This document shows positions 1 through 8,972 of a DNA stretch of 28,969 bases, in pieces. How positions within the stretch are numbered: the stretch's first letter is position 1; every line of letters starts with the position of its first letter. Position numbers and translations under genes: made by a program. This DNA is from a virus (taxonomy: Duplodnaviria > Heunggongvirae > Uroviricota > Caudoviricetes): the IMG/VR virus record IMGVR_UViG_3300031784_000007, one strand, 5' to 3'. The notes under the pieces were generated by a model, which made no database searches, was not told the DNA's origin, and saw nothing but the letters and a program-made list of their open reading frames with translations.

Positions 1-13
1 TACTATTTACCAC

Positions 14-709
14 ATGATAGAACAAATAAGAGTTAGCGAACTTGAGACTATGTTGGATTTTATGGATTCGTATGAAAAAAATCAAATTAATAATGTCGAC
101 ATAAATAATTTGAAAAATATTCAAGAAATTGAAAAGATTGTTAACTTAATATCAGTTAAAAATTTAATTAAAGAATATTCTAAACAAATAAGTGTTGAAC
201 TTGAAACGGAAAAATGGTTGGTTCTTAGACCCTTAACATATGAAGCTTCTGTAAAATATGGTGCCAATACAAGATGGTGTACCGCATCAAAACACAACCC
301 AAATCAATTTTTTAGATATACTGAATTATCCATATTAGTTTATTGTATAAACAAAGAAACAGGGGTTAAAACTGCCTTCCATTCTTGGATTGATTCCCAA
401 AAAAAACCTTATGATATTTCGTTTTGGAATTCTGCTGATGATAGAATTGACTCGTTATTTACTGATTTGGACGGTGAAGTAATAGATGTTTTGAAAAAAA
501 CAATTACTTCTTCTGAAGTTACGTCTAATAAAGAAATTGGTGGTGAATTTTGGACTAAATCCTACGAAAACAATGTTAGAGAAGAGAAATTGTCTGAAAC
601 ACCCATAAGAGAATTAATAGAACCAGGTGAGGAACAAGGGGTAGATTATGCAATGGAACCTGAAACTGAACAATCAGATGCACGCGATTATCCCTTAGTG
701 AATTATTAA
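14..709 (+). CDS. Uncharacterised phage protein with PLTYEAS-x-KYG-x-x-T-x-WCT motif; may be 5'-truncated by the window edge
   Basis: 231-aa ORF; frame is open back to the window start. Motif WLVLRPLTYEASVKYGANTRWCT recurs as FLLVIPLTHDASCKYGSGTKWCT in 13715..14899. Confidence 0.75.
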   Translation: MIEQIRVSELETMLDFMDSYEKNQINNVDINNLKNIQEIEKIVNLISVKNLIKEYSKQISVELETEKWLVLRPLTYEASVKYGANTRWCTASKHNPNQFFRYTELSILVYCINKETGVKTAFHSWIDSQKKPYDISFWNSADDRIDSLFTDLDGEVIDVLKKTITSSEVTSNKEIGGEFWTKSYENNVREEKLSETPIRELIEPGEEQGVDYAMEPETEQSDARDYPLVNY

Positions 710-774
710 AATTTTTATTAAAATACTAATTTAGTTTGCAATTTGTAATATTTATAAATTAGTACAAAAAAAAT

Positions 775-1395
775 ATGGATTGGTCAAAAATAATTGAGGT
801 ACTTTTAACATCATTCACATCAATATTTATTGCGCTTATTACTGCGGGATATTTTAGAAGAAGGGCTGAAAAAGTAAAAGAACAATTTTCTAAAAAACAA
901 TTAATGAAGCAAATTGAACATGACGAAATTGTTCATTACGCTTTAAGAGAATTGAGAAGAAAATACAATGCAGATAGAGTGTATGTTTGGCAATTCCATA
1001 ACGGTGGAAATTTCTATACATCATCTCCAATGCAGCGAACGTCAATAACGTATGAAAGATGTTCTGAAGGGTTGGAAAGAAAAGCCGAAAAATATCAAGG
1101 AGTTTTAATCAGTAACTTCACAGGATATATCAGAGATACGATGGAATATAAAATGTTCTATCACGATGTTGAAGAACTTCCTGATTTTGCAATTCGTTCT
1201 TTAATTTTGAGTAATGGTACATTTTCACACGCCGCAGTTCCAATCTTTGATAAGGCAAATCATTTAACAGGTATAATGGCTCTTGATTGGGTATTCAGTG
1301 AAATACCTGAAGAATATTTAACTGATGGTCAATTCAGTGAACAATTTAAAAAACAATATACTGCTGAAAGTAGTTCTTTAACACAATACTTATGA
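775..1395 (+). CDS. Single-pass membrane protein with GAF-like domain (holin-T-like or membrane sensor)
   Basis: N-terminal hydrophobic helix IIEVLLTSFTSIFIALITAGYF followed by RRR. GAF-like pattern LRELRRKYNADRVYVWQFHNG...HAAVPIFD...GIMALDW. TATTTATA at 749..756. Confidence 0.65.
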   Translation: MDWSKIIEVLLTSFTSIFIALITAGYFRRRAEKVKEQFSKKQLMKQIEHDEIVHYALRELRRKYNADRVYVWQFHNGGNFYTSSPMQRTSITYERCSEGLERKAEKYQGVLISNFTGYIRDTMEYKMFYHDVEELPDFAIRSLILSNGTFSHAAVPIFDKANHLTGIMALDWVFSEIPEEYLTDGQFSEQFKKQYTAESSSLTQYL

Positions 1396-1841
1396 AAAAA
1401 ATTCGTCAAATCTTAAAAGAAGAAACGTCTGACCCATTTGCTGGTGTTCCGAATGATTTACTATTTGATTTTTTACAAGACTTTGAAGGTGAGTACAATG
1501 AGTCCAAAGCAAAACAATTTTGTAAATATTTGAGTATTAGCTATACTAATGAAAATACTTCTTTTTTTGATGAGTTAATTAATTTAAATCCACGTGTAAG
1601 CTCACCTGATGAAATTATTAGACCCAAAAGAAAAGAATATGAAGTTATATTTGAGGTTAAAGAAAAACTATGGGTTAAGTATGAAACAATAACTAACACA
1701 TTTAGTTACAATAAAGAATCTGTTGAACGACAAGTGTATGATGGTTATATAGGTTGTTTTGATGGTCCTGAAAGACCAAATAGTCGTGAAGTGTATGATT
1801 CTGAGTTTTTAGATGAAAATGCTTACGTAACTGAAATTTGA
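1392..1841 (+). CDS. Hypothetical protein with MKKIRQILKEE leader
   Basis: 149-aa ORF with ATGA overlap to the upstream stop, indicating translational coupling. Confidence 0.75.
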   Translation: MKKIRQILKEETSDPFAGVPNDLLFDFLQDFEGEYNESKAKQFCKYLSISYTNENTSFFDELINLNPRVSSPDEIIRPKRKEYEVIFEVKEKLWVKYETITNTFSYNKESVERQVYDGYIGCFDGPERPNSREVYDSEFLDENAYVTEI

Positions 1842-1878
1842 TTATATAATTTTTAACAATTATCCTTATTAACTTCAT

Positions 1879-2427
1879 ATGAAATATAACGTAGTAATTT
1901 CAGGCATTAGTCAAAAAATTTCATTGGGTTCCGTTTCCAATGAACAAAGAAAAAAAATTATTAACTTTTCAAAAGAAACTAACATTTCAGTTTCTGAGAC
2001 AATTTTCAACGAATTAACCGATGTTTTAAATTGTGAATGGTCAGACATTTGTGACATTGACATTATTGATGGTGCAATTCCTGAAGAATCAAAAATCACA
2101 ATTTACGATGAATTTGATAAAATTGTTTTTGACCGAAAACTTTCAGAATTAAAAACAATAATTGATTTTGAGGAACATGAAGAAAATGCAATTCCTGATA
2201 CTATACATCTTTTAGTAGTACGTAAACAGAAAGGTTCGCTGTTAGATGAAATTATTTACTTGGATGAAAAAATTGATTTGTCTAAAATAGAAATTGTTTG
2301 TGATACATTTACGTTGACTGATGGTTCAGTTTATAGTTGTATTCAAGGTTTCAATTATGGAGATGACTTTTATGTCCTCAATCCATTAGACGTGTGGCAT
2401 TACCAATTCCAATCAAAATTTATTTAA
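1879..2427 (+). CDS. Hypothetical acidic protein
   Basis: 182-aa ORF, ATG start, fills the space between neighbours; no recognisable motif. Confidence 0.75.
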   Translation: MKYNVVISGISQKISLGSVSNEQRKKIINFSKETNISVSETIFNELTDVLNCEWSDICDIDIIDGAIPEESKITIYDEFDKIVFDRKLSELKTIIDFEEHEENAIPDTIHLLVVRKQKGSLLDEIIYLDEKIDLSKIEIVCDTFTLTDGSVYSCIQGFNYGDDFYVLNPLDVWHYQFQSKFI

Positions 2428-2473
2428 TTGTCTTATTGACAATTACCATATATTTATGTATAATATTAAAAAA

Positions 2474-2680
2474 ATGAAAAAAGTATTATTTGCAATCGTA
2501 ATGGTAGGAGCCTTAGTGGCAGCTTGTAACAACTCAACTGAAACTACAAATGTTGACTCAACTGTTTGTGATTCTGTTATGTGTGACTCAATTAAATGTA
2601 TAAACAACTGTGATTCATCTATGTGTGATTCAACTGTGTGTGATTCAGTTTGTGAAACAAAGTGTGAAGTAAAAAAGTAA
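2474..2680 (+). CDS. Small Cys-rich lipoprotein with repeated C-D-S units
   Basis: Start moved to MKKVLFAIV (2474). Signal peptide II with lipobox LVAA-C. Mature part VDSTVCDSVMCDSIKCINNCDSSMCDSTVCDSVCETKCE. Confidence 0.75.
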   Translation: MKKVLFAIVMVGALVAACNNSTETTNVDSTVCDSVMCDSIKCINNCDSSMCDSTVCDSVCETKCEVKK

Positions 2681-2697
2681 TTTAAACCTATCTAAAT

Positions 2698-2728
2698 AAA
2701 AAAACCCCTCTTGTTAAGGGGTTTTTTT
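2698..2728 (+). terminator. Intrinsic terminator (A-tract/hairpin/T-tract)
   Basis: AAAACCCC-TCTTGTTA-AGGGGTTTTTTT directly after the lipoprotein stop. Confidence 0.8.
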
Positions 2729-2749
2729 ATGCTCTTCATATTTATTCAC

Positions 2750-2956
2750 ATGAGAGACGCTAATTTCGTTAAAGGTACCGTTATCAACTATATGGATGAA
2801 GATTGGACGGTAAGTGATTTTTATTTTTATCCAGGTAATCCAAAAATTTATGTTGGACTAAAAAAAAATGGTATTCAAATGAATATTGAACTTGATTTAG
2901 TTAAAGATTTTATCACTAATTTAAACTATAGTTTAGACCTACAAGAAAGTTTTTAA
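2750..2956 (+). CDS. Small hypothetical protein (68 aa, MRDANFVKG...)
   Basis: ATG at 2750 just after TATTTAT (2739..2745). The track start at 2711 runs through the terminator. 3' end overlaps the convergent beta-barrel gene by 41 bp. Confidence 0.55.
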   Translation: MRDANFVKGTVINYMDEDWTVSDFYFYPGNPKIYVGLKKNGIQMNIELDLVKDFITNLNYSLDLQESF

Positions 2957-3635
2957 TATCGTTTGTTGCTCCTGTAGCAAAGAATGATTCATATGCAGTT
3001 GTGTATTGTAATTTAATACCTAATAACTTATTTAAATCAAATTTAACCCACGATTTTGTCATAAGTATGTAATCTGATGTCTCACCTACTTTTGGTTGAT
3101 ACAGACACTCTACAAAGTATTTTAACTTATAATTTTTCATCTCACCAAAGAACTGTGCTCTTGGTGAATGACGAACACCTGAATTTATAATTGTTGGGTC
3201 AACATAAGTGTTATCATAGTATAAAACACCATATGATAATGTGTTTTCCAAATACTTTGTTCTGAAGGTTGTAATACCGCCACCAACACCAGTTTCAATA
3301 CGTTGATTAATTTTCTTTGATGTTAATTGTGATAGCTGACCAAATGTGAATACAGAGTAGTTCTTATCTATAATTCTTGGTTGTACCCTTAACGTAAAAT
3401 CATTGATAAGGATGTTTTTGTTGGTTGTCATCAACTGATAGTTAGTTGACATACCTGTCTCAAACTTTTTCCAATTGACACTGTTAAACGTTGAGAAAAC
3501 AATGTTATTCTGTTGGTTGTTATTTGCATTGTTCATTGAACCTGTTAAGTCCACATTATATTTGTAAGTAATTGAGTCTTGTCCCAAAACAAAATTTGAC
3601 AATATAAGTAAGGGGATTAAAATGTATTTTTTCAT
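2916..3635 (-). CDS. Secreted outer-membrane beta-barrel protein, DUF481-like
   Basis: Start moved to MKKYILIPLLILSNFVLG-Q (signal peptide). Alternating amphipathic strands rich in G/Y/F, KINQRIETGVGGG motif, ends LVGLNYSLN. Confidence 0.65.
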   Translation of the reverse strand: MKKYILIPLLILSNFVLGQDSITYKYNVDLTGSMNNANNNQQNNIVFSTFNSVNWKKFETGMSTNYQLMTTNKNILINDFTLRVQPRIIDKNYSVFTFGQLSQLTSKKINQRIETGVGGGITTFRTKYLENTLSYGVLYYDNTYVDPTIINSGVRHSPRAQFFGEMKNYKLKYFVECLYQPKVGETSDYILMTKSWVKFDLNKLLGIKLQYTTAYESFFATGATNDIKNFLVGLNYSLN

Positions 3636-3640
3636 ATAAT

Positions 3641-3665
3641 AAAAAAGGGGGTTCAAGACCCCCTT
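3641..3665 (-). terminator. Intrinsic terminator after the endolysin gene
   Basis: On the minus strand AAGGGGG-TCTTGAA-CCCCCTTTTTT. Confidence 0.8.
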
Positions 3666-3676
3666 AGTAAGGTTTA

Positions 3677-4501
3677 TTATGCTAATAAGTGATAATACTC
3701 TTTGAAGTGTTTAATTCTATCAGGAAGTCCGATAGTACCACCGTTTACTCTTTTTGTAACTGCGGTTACCGTAGCGTCATCAGCTCCTTTGTCAGCAATT
3801 GCATTCAATCCGTTCTTACTAAAGAACCAACCTGCTGATGCTAATGCGTATTTGGTAGCAACCAAATCAGGATTTGCAACCGTATCTTCACCGATTGATT
3901 TTGCAAAAGATGTGTAGTTTTCTTTTCCTGTCAATTGGATGTAACCTCTACCTCTGAATTTGTAACCTTCTTTTGTTTCCTCACCACCGTTACCCATTCT
4001 TCCACCATAAACTTTTGATGCAATTTTTTCAGGGTTTCTTGCGTATGACTCAGCGATGTTACCAGGGAAATATTTAGGGAAAATCTTCTTGAGACCATCC
4101 GCTGAGTAATTTAAGTTTTCTTGTGTTGCTTTGAATCCACCTGACTCGTGACCACATTGTGCCAAGAAGTGAGCCAATCTCAAAGGTGTGTTGATTTGGA
4201 ATTTTTCCATTACAGTTGGAATCTGTACGATTACAGCTTCAGGAATGTGTCCTTTTAATTTTTCCAAATTAAGTGGGCCACCTTTAGGGATAACAACATC
4301 TTCTTTAATAACTGATGCTGACAATCCTAATTTTTCCATTGATGCTGGACCGATAATACCGTCAGCAGTTAAACCATTTTTTGTTTGCCATTCCTTAACA
4401 ACCTTTTCAGTGCCAGAACCGAAATCACCGTCTGCGGCAATTCCTAATTTTGATTGAAGAGCTTTTACCTCTTCTCCTTTTGAACCTAATTTTAAAATCA
4501 T
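3677..4501 (-). CDS. Endolysin: N-terminal peptidoglycan-binding domain plus GH19 (chitinase class I-like) muramidase
   Basis: LKLGSKGEEVKALQSKLG..ADGDFG..T...VKEWQ..NGL.ADGIIG matches PG_binding_1. RLAHFLAQCGHESGGF..ENLNYS, YKFRGRGYIQLTGKENY and TKRVNGGTIGLPDR are GH19 motifs. Confidence 0.93.
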   Translation of the reverse strand: MILKLGSKGEEVKALQSKLGIAADGDFGSGTEKVVKEWQTKNGLTADGIIGPASMEKLGLSASVIKEDVVIPKGGPLNLEKLKGHIPEAVIVQIPTVMEKFQINTPLRLAHFLAQCGHESGGFKATQENLNYSADGLKKIFPKYFPGNIAESYARNPEKIASKVYGGRMGNGGEETKEGYKFRGRGYIQLTGKENYTSFAKSIGEDTVANPDLVATKYALASAGWFFSKNGLNAIADKGADDATVTAVTKRVNGGTIGLPDRIKHFKEYYHLLA

Positions 4502-4582
4502 ATTTTTTCTTGTTTATTATATATAAATATTTGGTGGATTAGAAAAATGGTTGTATATTTGTATAAGGAAGGAAGACAAACT

Positions 4583-5011
4583 ATGAAAAACATAATCACC
4601 ACTATCGCAATGTTTATCTTGACAATCACCGCTCAAGCACAAGTCTATCAGTTTCATTGTAAGGGTTTCTACAATTTTGAACATACTTCAGGGTTGAATT
4701 CTATGGAAGTTTTGAATAACAACCAAGAAACCAAATTGATGGGTGTAACATCAAATGTTGTTTTTATCTTTGATTGTGTTAAAAATACTATGACCGATGT
4801 TGACTCTTTCAATAAATCAGTAGTTGTAAGACCAATCATTGATTCTCATTCTGAAAATAATTATCAATCATTTACTGTGAGTTCACGTGACGGAACTGAC
4901 TATCTTTATATCTTTGACAAATATAACCCAACATTCTTGATGTGTGTTTGGAGAAAAGATTTGTTCATGACTCAAGGTTGGGTATCTTGGTTACCCAAAA
5001 ATCTTAAATAA
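4583..5011 (+). CDS. Secreted hypothetical protein
   Basis: Start moved to MKNIITTIAMFILTITAQA-Q (signal peptide). Promoter TTTG(4530..4533)-20 bp-TATATTTG(4554..4561). Confidence 0.75.
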   Translation: MKNIITTIAMFILTITAQAQVYQFHCKGFYNFEHTSGLNSMEVLNNNQETKLMGVTSNVVFIFDCVKNTMTDVDSFNKSVVVRPIIDSHSENNYQSFTVSSRDGTDYLYIFDKYNPTFLMCVWRKDLFMTQGWVSWLPKNLK

Positions 5012-5039
5012 AAAAGGGACTATTTGAGTCCCTTTTTTT
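5010..5039. terminator. Bidirectional intrinsic terminator
   Basis: AAAAAAGGGAC-TATTTGA-GTCCCTTTTTT between convergent genes. Confidence 0.85.
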
Positions 5040-5059
5040 AAAATAATGTTAAATATTTT

Positions 5060-5683
5060 TTAAGCTAAACCTAATTGATTTTTTTGTGAAAAATTCTTTA
5101 AATATGGTAACGCTTGTTTAACCGAATCTGTTGGAATTACATTCATTCCAGCCTTTATTTGTGCTAAATAAGTTAAACCATCTTTTAATAGTTTTAAATC
5201 GTTAACCATTGCTAATACTGCAGCGATTGAATTTACATTACCAATCTCCCTACCACCCATCATAGTTCTGTAACCTCCCTCTTGACCTAATTGATATCCA
5301 AGTATTGACATTGATTTGTTAAATTGATTAATTAAATCATCGCCCCAAACACTTGCTAAAGCCGTTTCAAATTGTGGTCCAACCAAACTTTTTTCAATAC
5401 CATTTAATTTTGATGACATAGTTGCCAATGTTTTATAATCCAAAGGTAATTTTTCATTAACAGCTAACATGTCTTTATCAAACATTTGTTTTTGTTGGTC
5501 AGGTGTAACCTCACCAGTTCTAACTTGCTCCTTAGTTTCAACTTTTTCAATTTTTAAACCATTTTGTTCATCACCAAAGGCAACACCACTATATTCATTC
5601 AAATAATGTCTTTTAGTTGCATTTTCATGCATTTCTAAAATTCTATTTTTTTCGTCTTGGTCAATATTAAATAATTTTCTCAT
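5060..5683 (-). CDS. Hypothetical protein with LFNIDQDEKNRILEMHE...LNE leader
   Basis: Start moved to MRKLFNI (5683); the longer track start reads through the TATTTAT motif. Confidence 0.75.
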   Translation of the reverse strand: MRKLFNIDQDEKNRILEMHENATKRHYLNEYSGVAFGDEQNGLKIEKVETKEQVRTGEVTPDQQKQMFDKDMLAVNEKLPLDYKTLATMSSKLNGIEKSLVGPQFETALASVWGDDLINQFNKSMSILGYQLGQEGGYRTMMGGREIGNVNSIAAVLAMVNDLKLLKDGLTYLAQIKAGMNVIPTDSVKQALPYLKNFSQKNQLGLA

Positions 5684-5777
5684 ATTTTTGTGATTTACAT
5701 ATAAATACAATTAATAAAGAAAAAATTGTGCAATTGGAATATTATTTGTATCTTTGTATAAGAAAGGAAAATAAACC

Positions 5778-6251
5778 ATGAAAAACATAATCACCACCAT
5801 CGCAATGTTTATCTCGACTATCACCGTTCAAGCTCAATTTTTGACTAACAACTCTTTTTTTGAGATGTTTCAAGATTCTATCAACATGTATAGAAACTCC
5901 TTAGGTTTGACAAATGTTGTTTTAGAACCAAAATATAAAAACTTTGTTGACCAACACACTTATTATCAAGCAAGTTTGGGGTATAGAACTCACGGTGAAG
6001 GTAATTTTACCTTTGAGAAAAGGGTTGAAAAAGAAATTAATTTAAAAAATATTTCTTGTTATGAAAATTGTGGTGAACGTTGGGTTAGTGAGTTTAACAA
6101 TATTGGATTTGGTGTGTTTGTAATTTTGGATGGTTTAAAAAAATCACCATTACATCATAAAAGTCTAATTGAACCTACCAACACCAAGTTCTACATTTCT
6201 TGTTATAAGAAAGATGACACTGTTTATTTCACTCTTTTACTCTCAGAGTAA
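5778..6251 (+). CDS. Secreted CAP (SCP/PR-1-like) domain protein
   Basis: Signal peptide MKNIITTIAMFISTITVQA-Q. INMYRNSLGL, H..Y....G..THG, EN and KSPLHHKSLI correspond to CAP motifs (IN..R...GL / H / EN / SPGH..N.L). TATCTTTG at 5749..5756. Confidence 0.7.
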   Translation: MKNIITTIAMFISTITVQAQFLTNNSFFEMFQDSINMYRNSLGLTNVVLEPKYKNFVDQHTYYQASLGYRTHGEGNFTFEKRVEKEINLKNISCYENCGERWVSEFNNIGFGVFVILDGLKKSPLHHKSLIEPTNTKFYISCYKKDDTVYFTLLLSE

Positions 6252-6252
6252 G

Positions 6253-7143
6253 TTAAATACTGGTCATTTTATATTGTGCGATAGGGTCCAACCAAACAAT
6301 ATTTGAGTCTTTATTGTATTCTTTTTCACTCTTATACAATTTATCATTATAACCAATAAAACCTTTTGTGTTAGGAAAATGTGATTCATACTCATTTCTT
6401 ATTGAGGGTTTACTTGATTGATAATATTGACCAACATAATTCACACAGTTTGGCGTTAAATTACTTTGAGGATTTTCAGTTAGAGCATTCAAAAATTTAA
6501 TTGCGTTTGTTATTTCATATGTTCTCAACACTCTATTTCCAAAATAAAAATCATATTGTTTACACTTTGGATTATTTGTTTTGGGAACATCTGATTTTCC
6601 AAGTACTTCGAGTATAACTTTAATAAATTGTTCTTTAGTATAATTAGGGTCTTTAGAACCTTTTGCCGGGTCCCAAGGCGTTTCACCGAATACAGGTTCT
6701 GTTTTATTTATTGTAACGTTAGGTAAATTACCAAACTTTTCTTTAACCACTCTCTCAATCTCAGACATTCTTTTTTTTGCTAAATCCCCTAATGGTAATT
6801 TTTTTTCTTCACTGAAATCCACTTTTTTATCACCGGTGGATGGATATTTTTCTCTATCGTAGTTTGGTACTTGAGATTCTCCGGCGCTAATCGTTATATT
6901 TGTTTTTTGTTTTTGGGGAACAGTCTTGAGAAATTCTTGAATTTTAATTATTACAGGGTCAAGTTGTTCTGAATTTTTTATTATGTATTTACCTGAATCA
7001 AATGTTGCTGACAATGGTATTTCAATTTTTTTTTGTGAAGTATCTTGTTCATTCAAAGATGTTCCAAGCTTACTTTTATGTGATTCATGTAAACCACGAA
7101 TATTATTTTTTTCCTCTTCGGATAGTTCAAATAAATTTTTCAT
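6253..7143 (-). CDS. Protein with leader peptide and OmpA-C-like (peptidoglycan-binding-type) domain
   Basis: TFDSGKY...IQEFLK...ITISAGES...LAKKRMSEI...YTKEQFIKV resembles the OmpA-like fold pattern. Leader LFELSEEEKNNIRGLHE...LNE. Confidence 0.5.
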   Translation of the reverse strand: MKNLFELSEEEKNNIRGLHESHKSKLGTSLNEQDTSQKKIEIPLSATFDSGKYIIKNSEQLDPVIIKIQEFLKTVPQKQKTNITISAGESQVPNYDREKYPSTGDKKVDFSEEKKLPLGDLAKKRMSEIERVVKEKFGNLPNVTINKTEPVFGETPWDPAKGSKDPNYTKEQFIKVILEVLGKSDVPKTNNPKCKQYDFYFGNRVLRTYEITNAIKFLNALTENPQSNLTPNCVNYVGQYYQSSKPSIRNEYESHFPNTKGFIGYNDKLYKSEKEYNKDSNIVWLDPIAQYKMTSI

Positions 7144-7201
7144 AAATATTTTCTAATATAAATATCATCAATAATATAAAATGTATAGGTATTTATAAAC
7201 A

Positions 7202-7846
7202 ATGGACAATAATAAAATAAATGAAATTCAAAACTTATTAGAGGATGAAGAATTCAAAGTAGATGGTTTTGAATTTAAATTATGGAATATTAGGAGTAGT
7301 TGGGTAGATTCTTTATTTTTTGATTTCAAAGTTCATAATCCCAATGATGAGTCATTTTGTCGTCAGTGTTTAGAAGATTCTTTATATAATGAATTAAAAC
7401 CTTATTTAAAATATCTTGGAATTGAGGAGAAAGTTATGGTAAACATTTTTGACAAAAATGAAAAATTAGAATCTTTTTATATTACTGATGATTTTATAAA
7501 TGGTTTGTTTGATGAAATAAAAAAAATTACGGATATTAACCATGATGATGAATATGATGATTTGGTAATTAAAATAAAACAAGAACCAACAAAGATTACT
7601 TTGGAAGAACATACGACTGGAAATGCTTTAAATATCACAATTTACGCCAAATACATTGACCATTACATTACTCGTGATGGTAATTTTGTTAATCTTGGTC
7701 CGTTAAATAAAGGTAGTATATGGTCAGTTTTTAAGGAGTATAATAATTTTGGTGAAGAGTGGTATAATGATGTAATCACAAACTATGTTGAAAAATTTAG
7801 ACCTATGCAGTGTGTTGGTTTTTTTATTGAAACCATTTTCATCTAA
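7202..7846 (+). CDS. Hypothetical protein
   Basis: 214-aa ORF, TATTTATA at 7190..7197. Confidence 0.75.
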   Translation: MDNNKINEIQNLLEDEEFKVDGFEFKLWNIRSSWVDSLFFDFKVHNPNDESFCRQCLEDSLYNELKPYLKYLGIEEKVMVNIFDKNEKLESFYITDDFINGLFDEIKKITDINHDDEYDDLVIKIKQEPTKITLEEHTTGNALNITIYAKYIDHYITRDGNFVNLGPLNKGSIWSVFKEYNNFGEEWYNDVITNYVEKFRPMQCVGFFIETIFI

Positions 7847-8186
7847 GTTCAAACTTGATTGTAATATCTCTAGCAATTGATTTAAGTCCTGTCAACTCGG
7901 TATAAATCATTTGGATATCTTTTTCAAATCCTATAATATCATAGTTTTTTCCAAAACATTGTATGAATGGCCAAAAACCTATAGCATCACCTTCCTTAAA
8001 TTTTTCCTTACATTCACTTTTAATTTTTTTGTAAAAACCTTCTTTGGTTGTTAAATGTAAATCACAAATAAACATTCCCATTTTAATACCGGGACCTTTG
8101 GTAATATCAACGCGCTCAACAAATGGATATTTTCTTGGTAGATAAGAATTCAAAGCCTTTTGATACCCTGTGCGTGTTATTTCCAT
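7839..8186 (-). CDS. Hypothetical protein
   Basis: Start moved to MEITRTG (8186), just downstream of TATTTAT on the minus strand. Confidence 0.65.
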   Translation of the reverse strand: MEITRTGYQKALNSYLPRKYPFVERVDITKGPGIKMGMFICDLHLTTKEGFYKKIKSECKEKFKEGDAIGFWPFIQCFGKNYDIIGFEKDIQMIYTELTGLKSIARDITIKFELR

Positions 8187-8237
8187 GATAATAAATATCA
8201 TTTATTAAAAAATAAGATATTTATGTTTAACACTATT

Positions 8238-8972
8238 ATGGAAAACAAAAAATTAAACGAACAGCTTAATAAAATGAAGTCATTAATGACTGAACAAGAG
8301 GTTCAAGAAGATATGTTAGATGACATCAAAGATTACCTTTATGGTAAAGTACAAGGTGTATCAACTAAACTTGGTGCGGCATTTGATGACTTGATTGATA
8401 CAGGAGACTCATCTGAGATTAAAAGTTCATTTACATTACCTGACAAAGATGCAACAGAACTTACACAAAAAGAAAAAATGGAAGTTTTTTCAAAAGTTAA
8501 ATCTGATGATGATTTTTATAAAGCAATTTTATTTGGTATTGGAGCTCCAACGTCAAAAAACAATATTGATTTTCTTCAGTTATGGAGAATTGGTGAGATG
8601 GGAACTGATGGGCCGAATAAGAAAAAAATTACAGCAACTAATAACCCATTCAACACAACATACAATTATAGTATGGACCCTGAAATTAAAAATTATAATT
8701 CTGTTGGTGTGAAACATTATTCAAAACCTGAATATGGTATTGATGCAACAATTAAAACTTTGAAGAACGGTTACTATAATTGTATTGTTCAAAGTTTAAG
8801 AGATAGTAAGTCATTTAATGAAATTGCTGGGTGTAGAACAAGAGATGGTAAAAAAGGTGAGTTAGATGTTTGGGGAACTGGTTCAAAAAATATGTTATCT
8901 ATAATTGAAAAATATAAAGGTCGTGAAGACACCGCCAGAAAAATTGACCAAGAAATACCAAAAATGTCTTAA
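8238..8972 (+). CDS. Leader-bearing protein with putative lysozyme-superfamily (muramidase/transglycosylase-like) domain
   Basis: Start moved to MENKKLNEQ. W..GE.G...ATNNPFNTT...GVKHY....GIDATIKTL.NGYY..I pattern is typical of small lysozyme-like domains; fold call is inference. Confidence 0.5.
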   Translation: MENKKLNEQLNKMKSLMTEQEVQEDMLDDIKDYLYGKVQGVSTKLGAAFDDLIDTGDSSEIKSSFTLPDKDATELTQKEKMEVFSKVKSDDDFYKAILFGIGAPTSKNNIDFLQLWRIGEMGTDGPNKKKITATNNPFNTTYNYSMDPEIKNYNSVGVKHYSKPEYGIDATIKTLKNGYYNCIVQSLRDSKSFNEIAGCRTRDGKKGELDVWGTGSKNMLSIIEKYKGREDTARKIDQEIPKMS

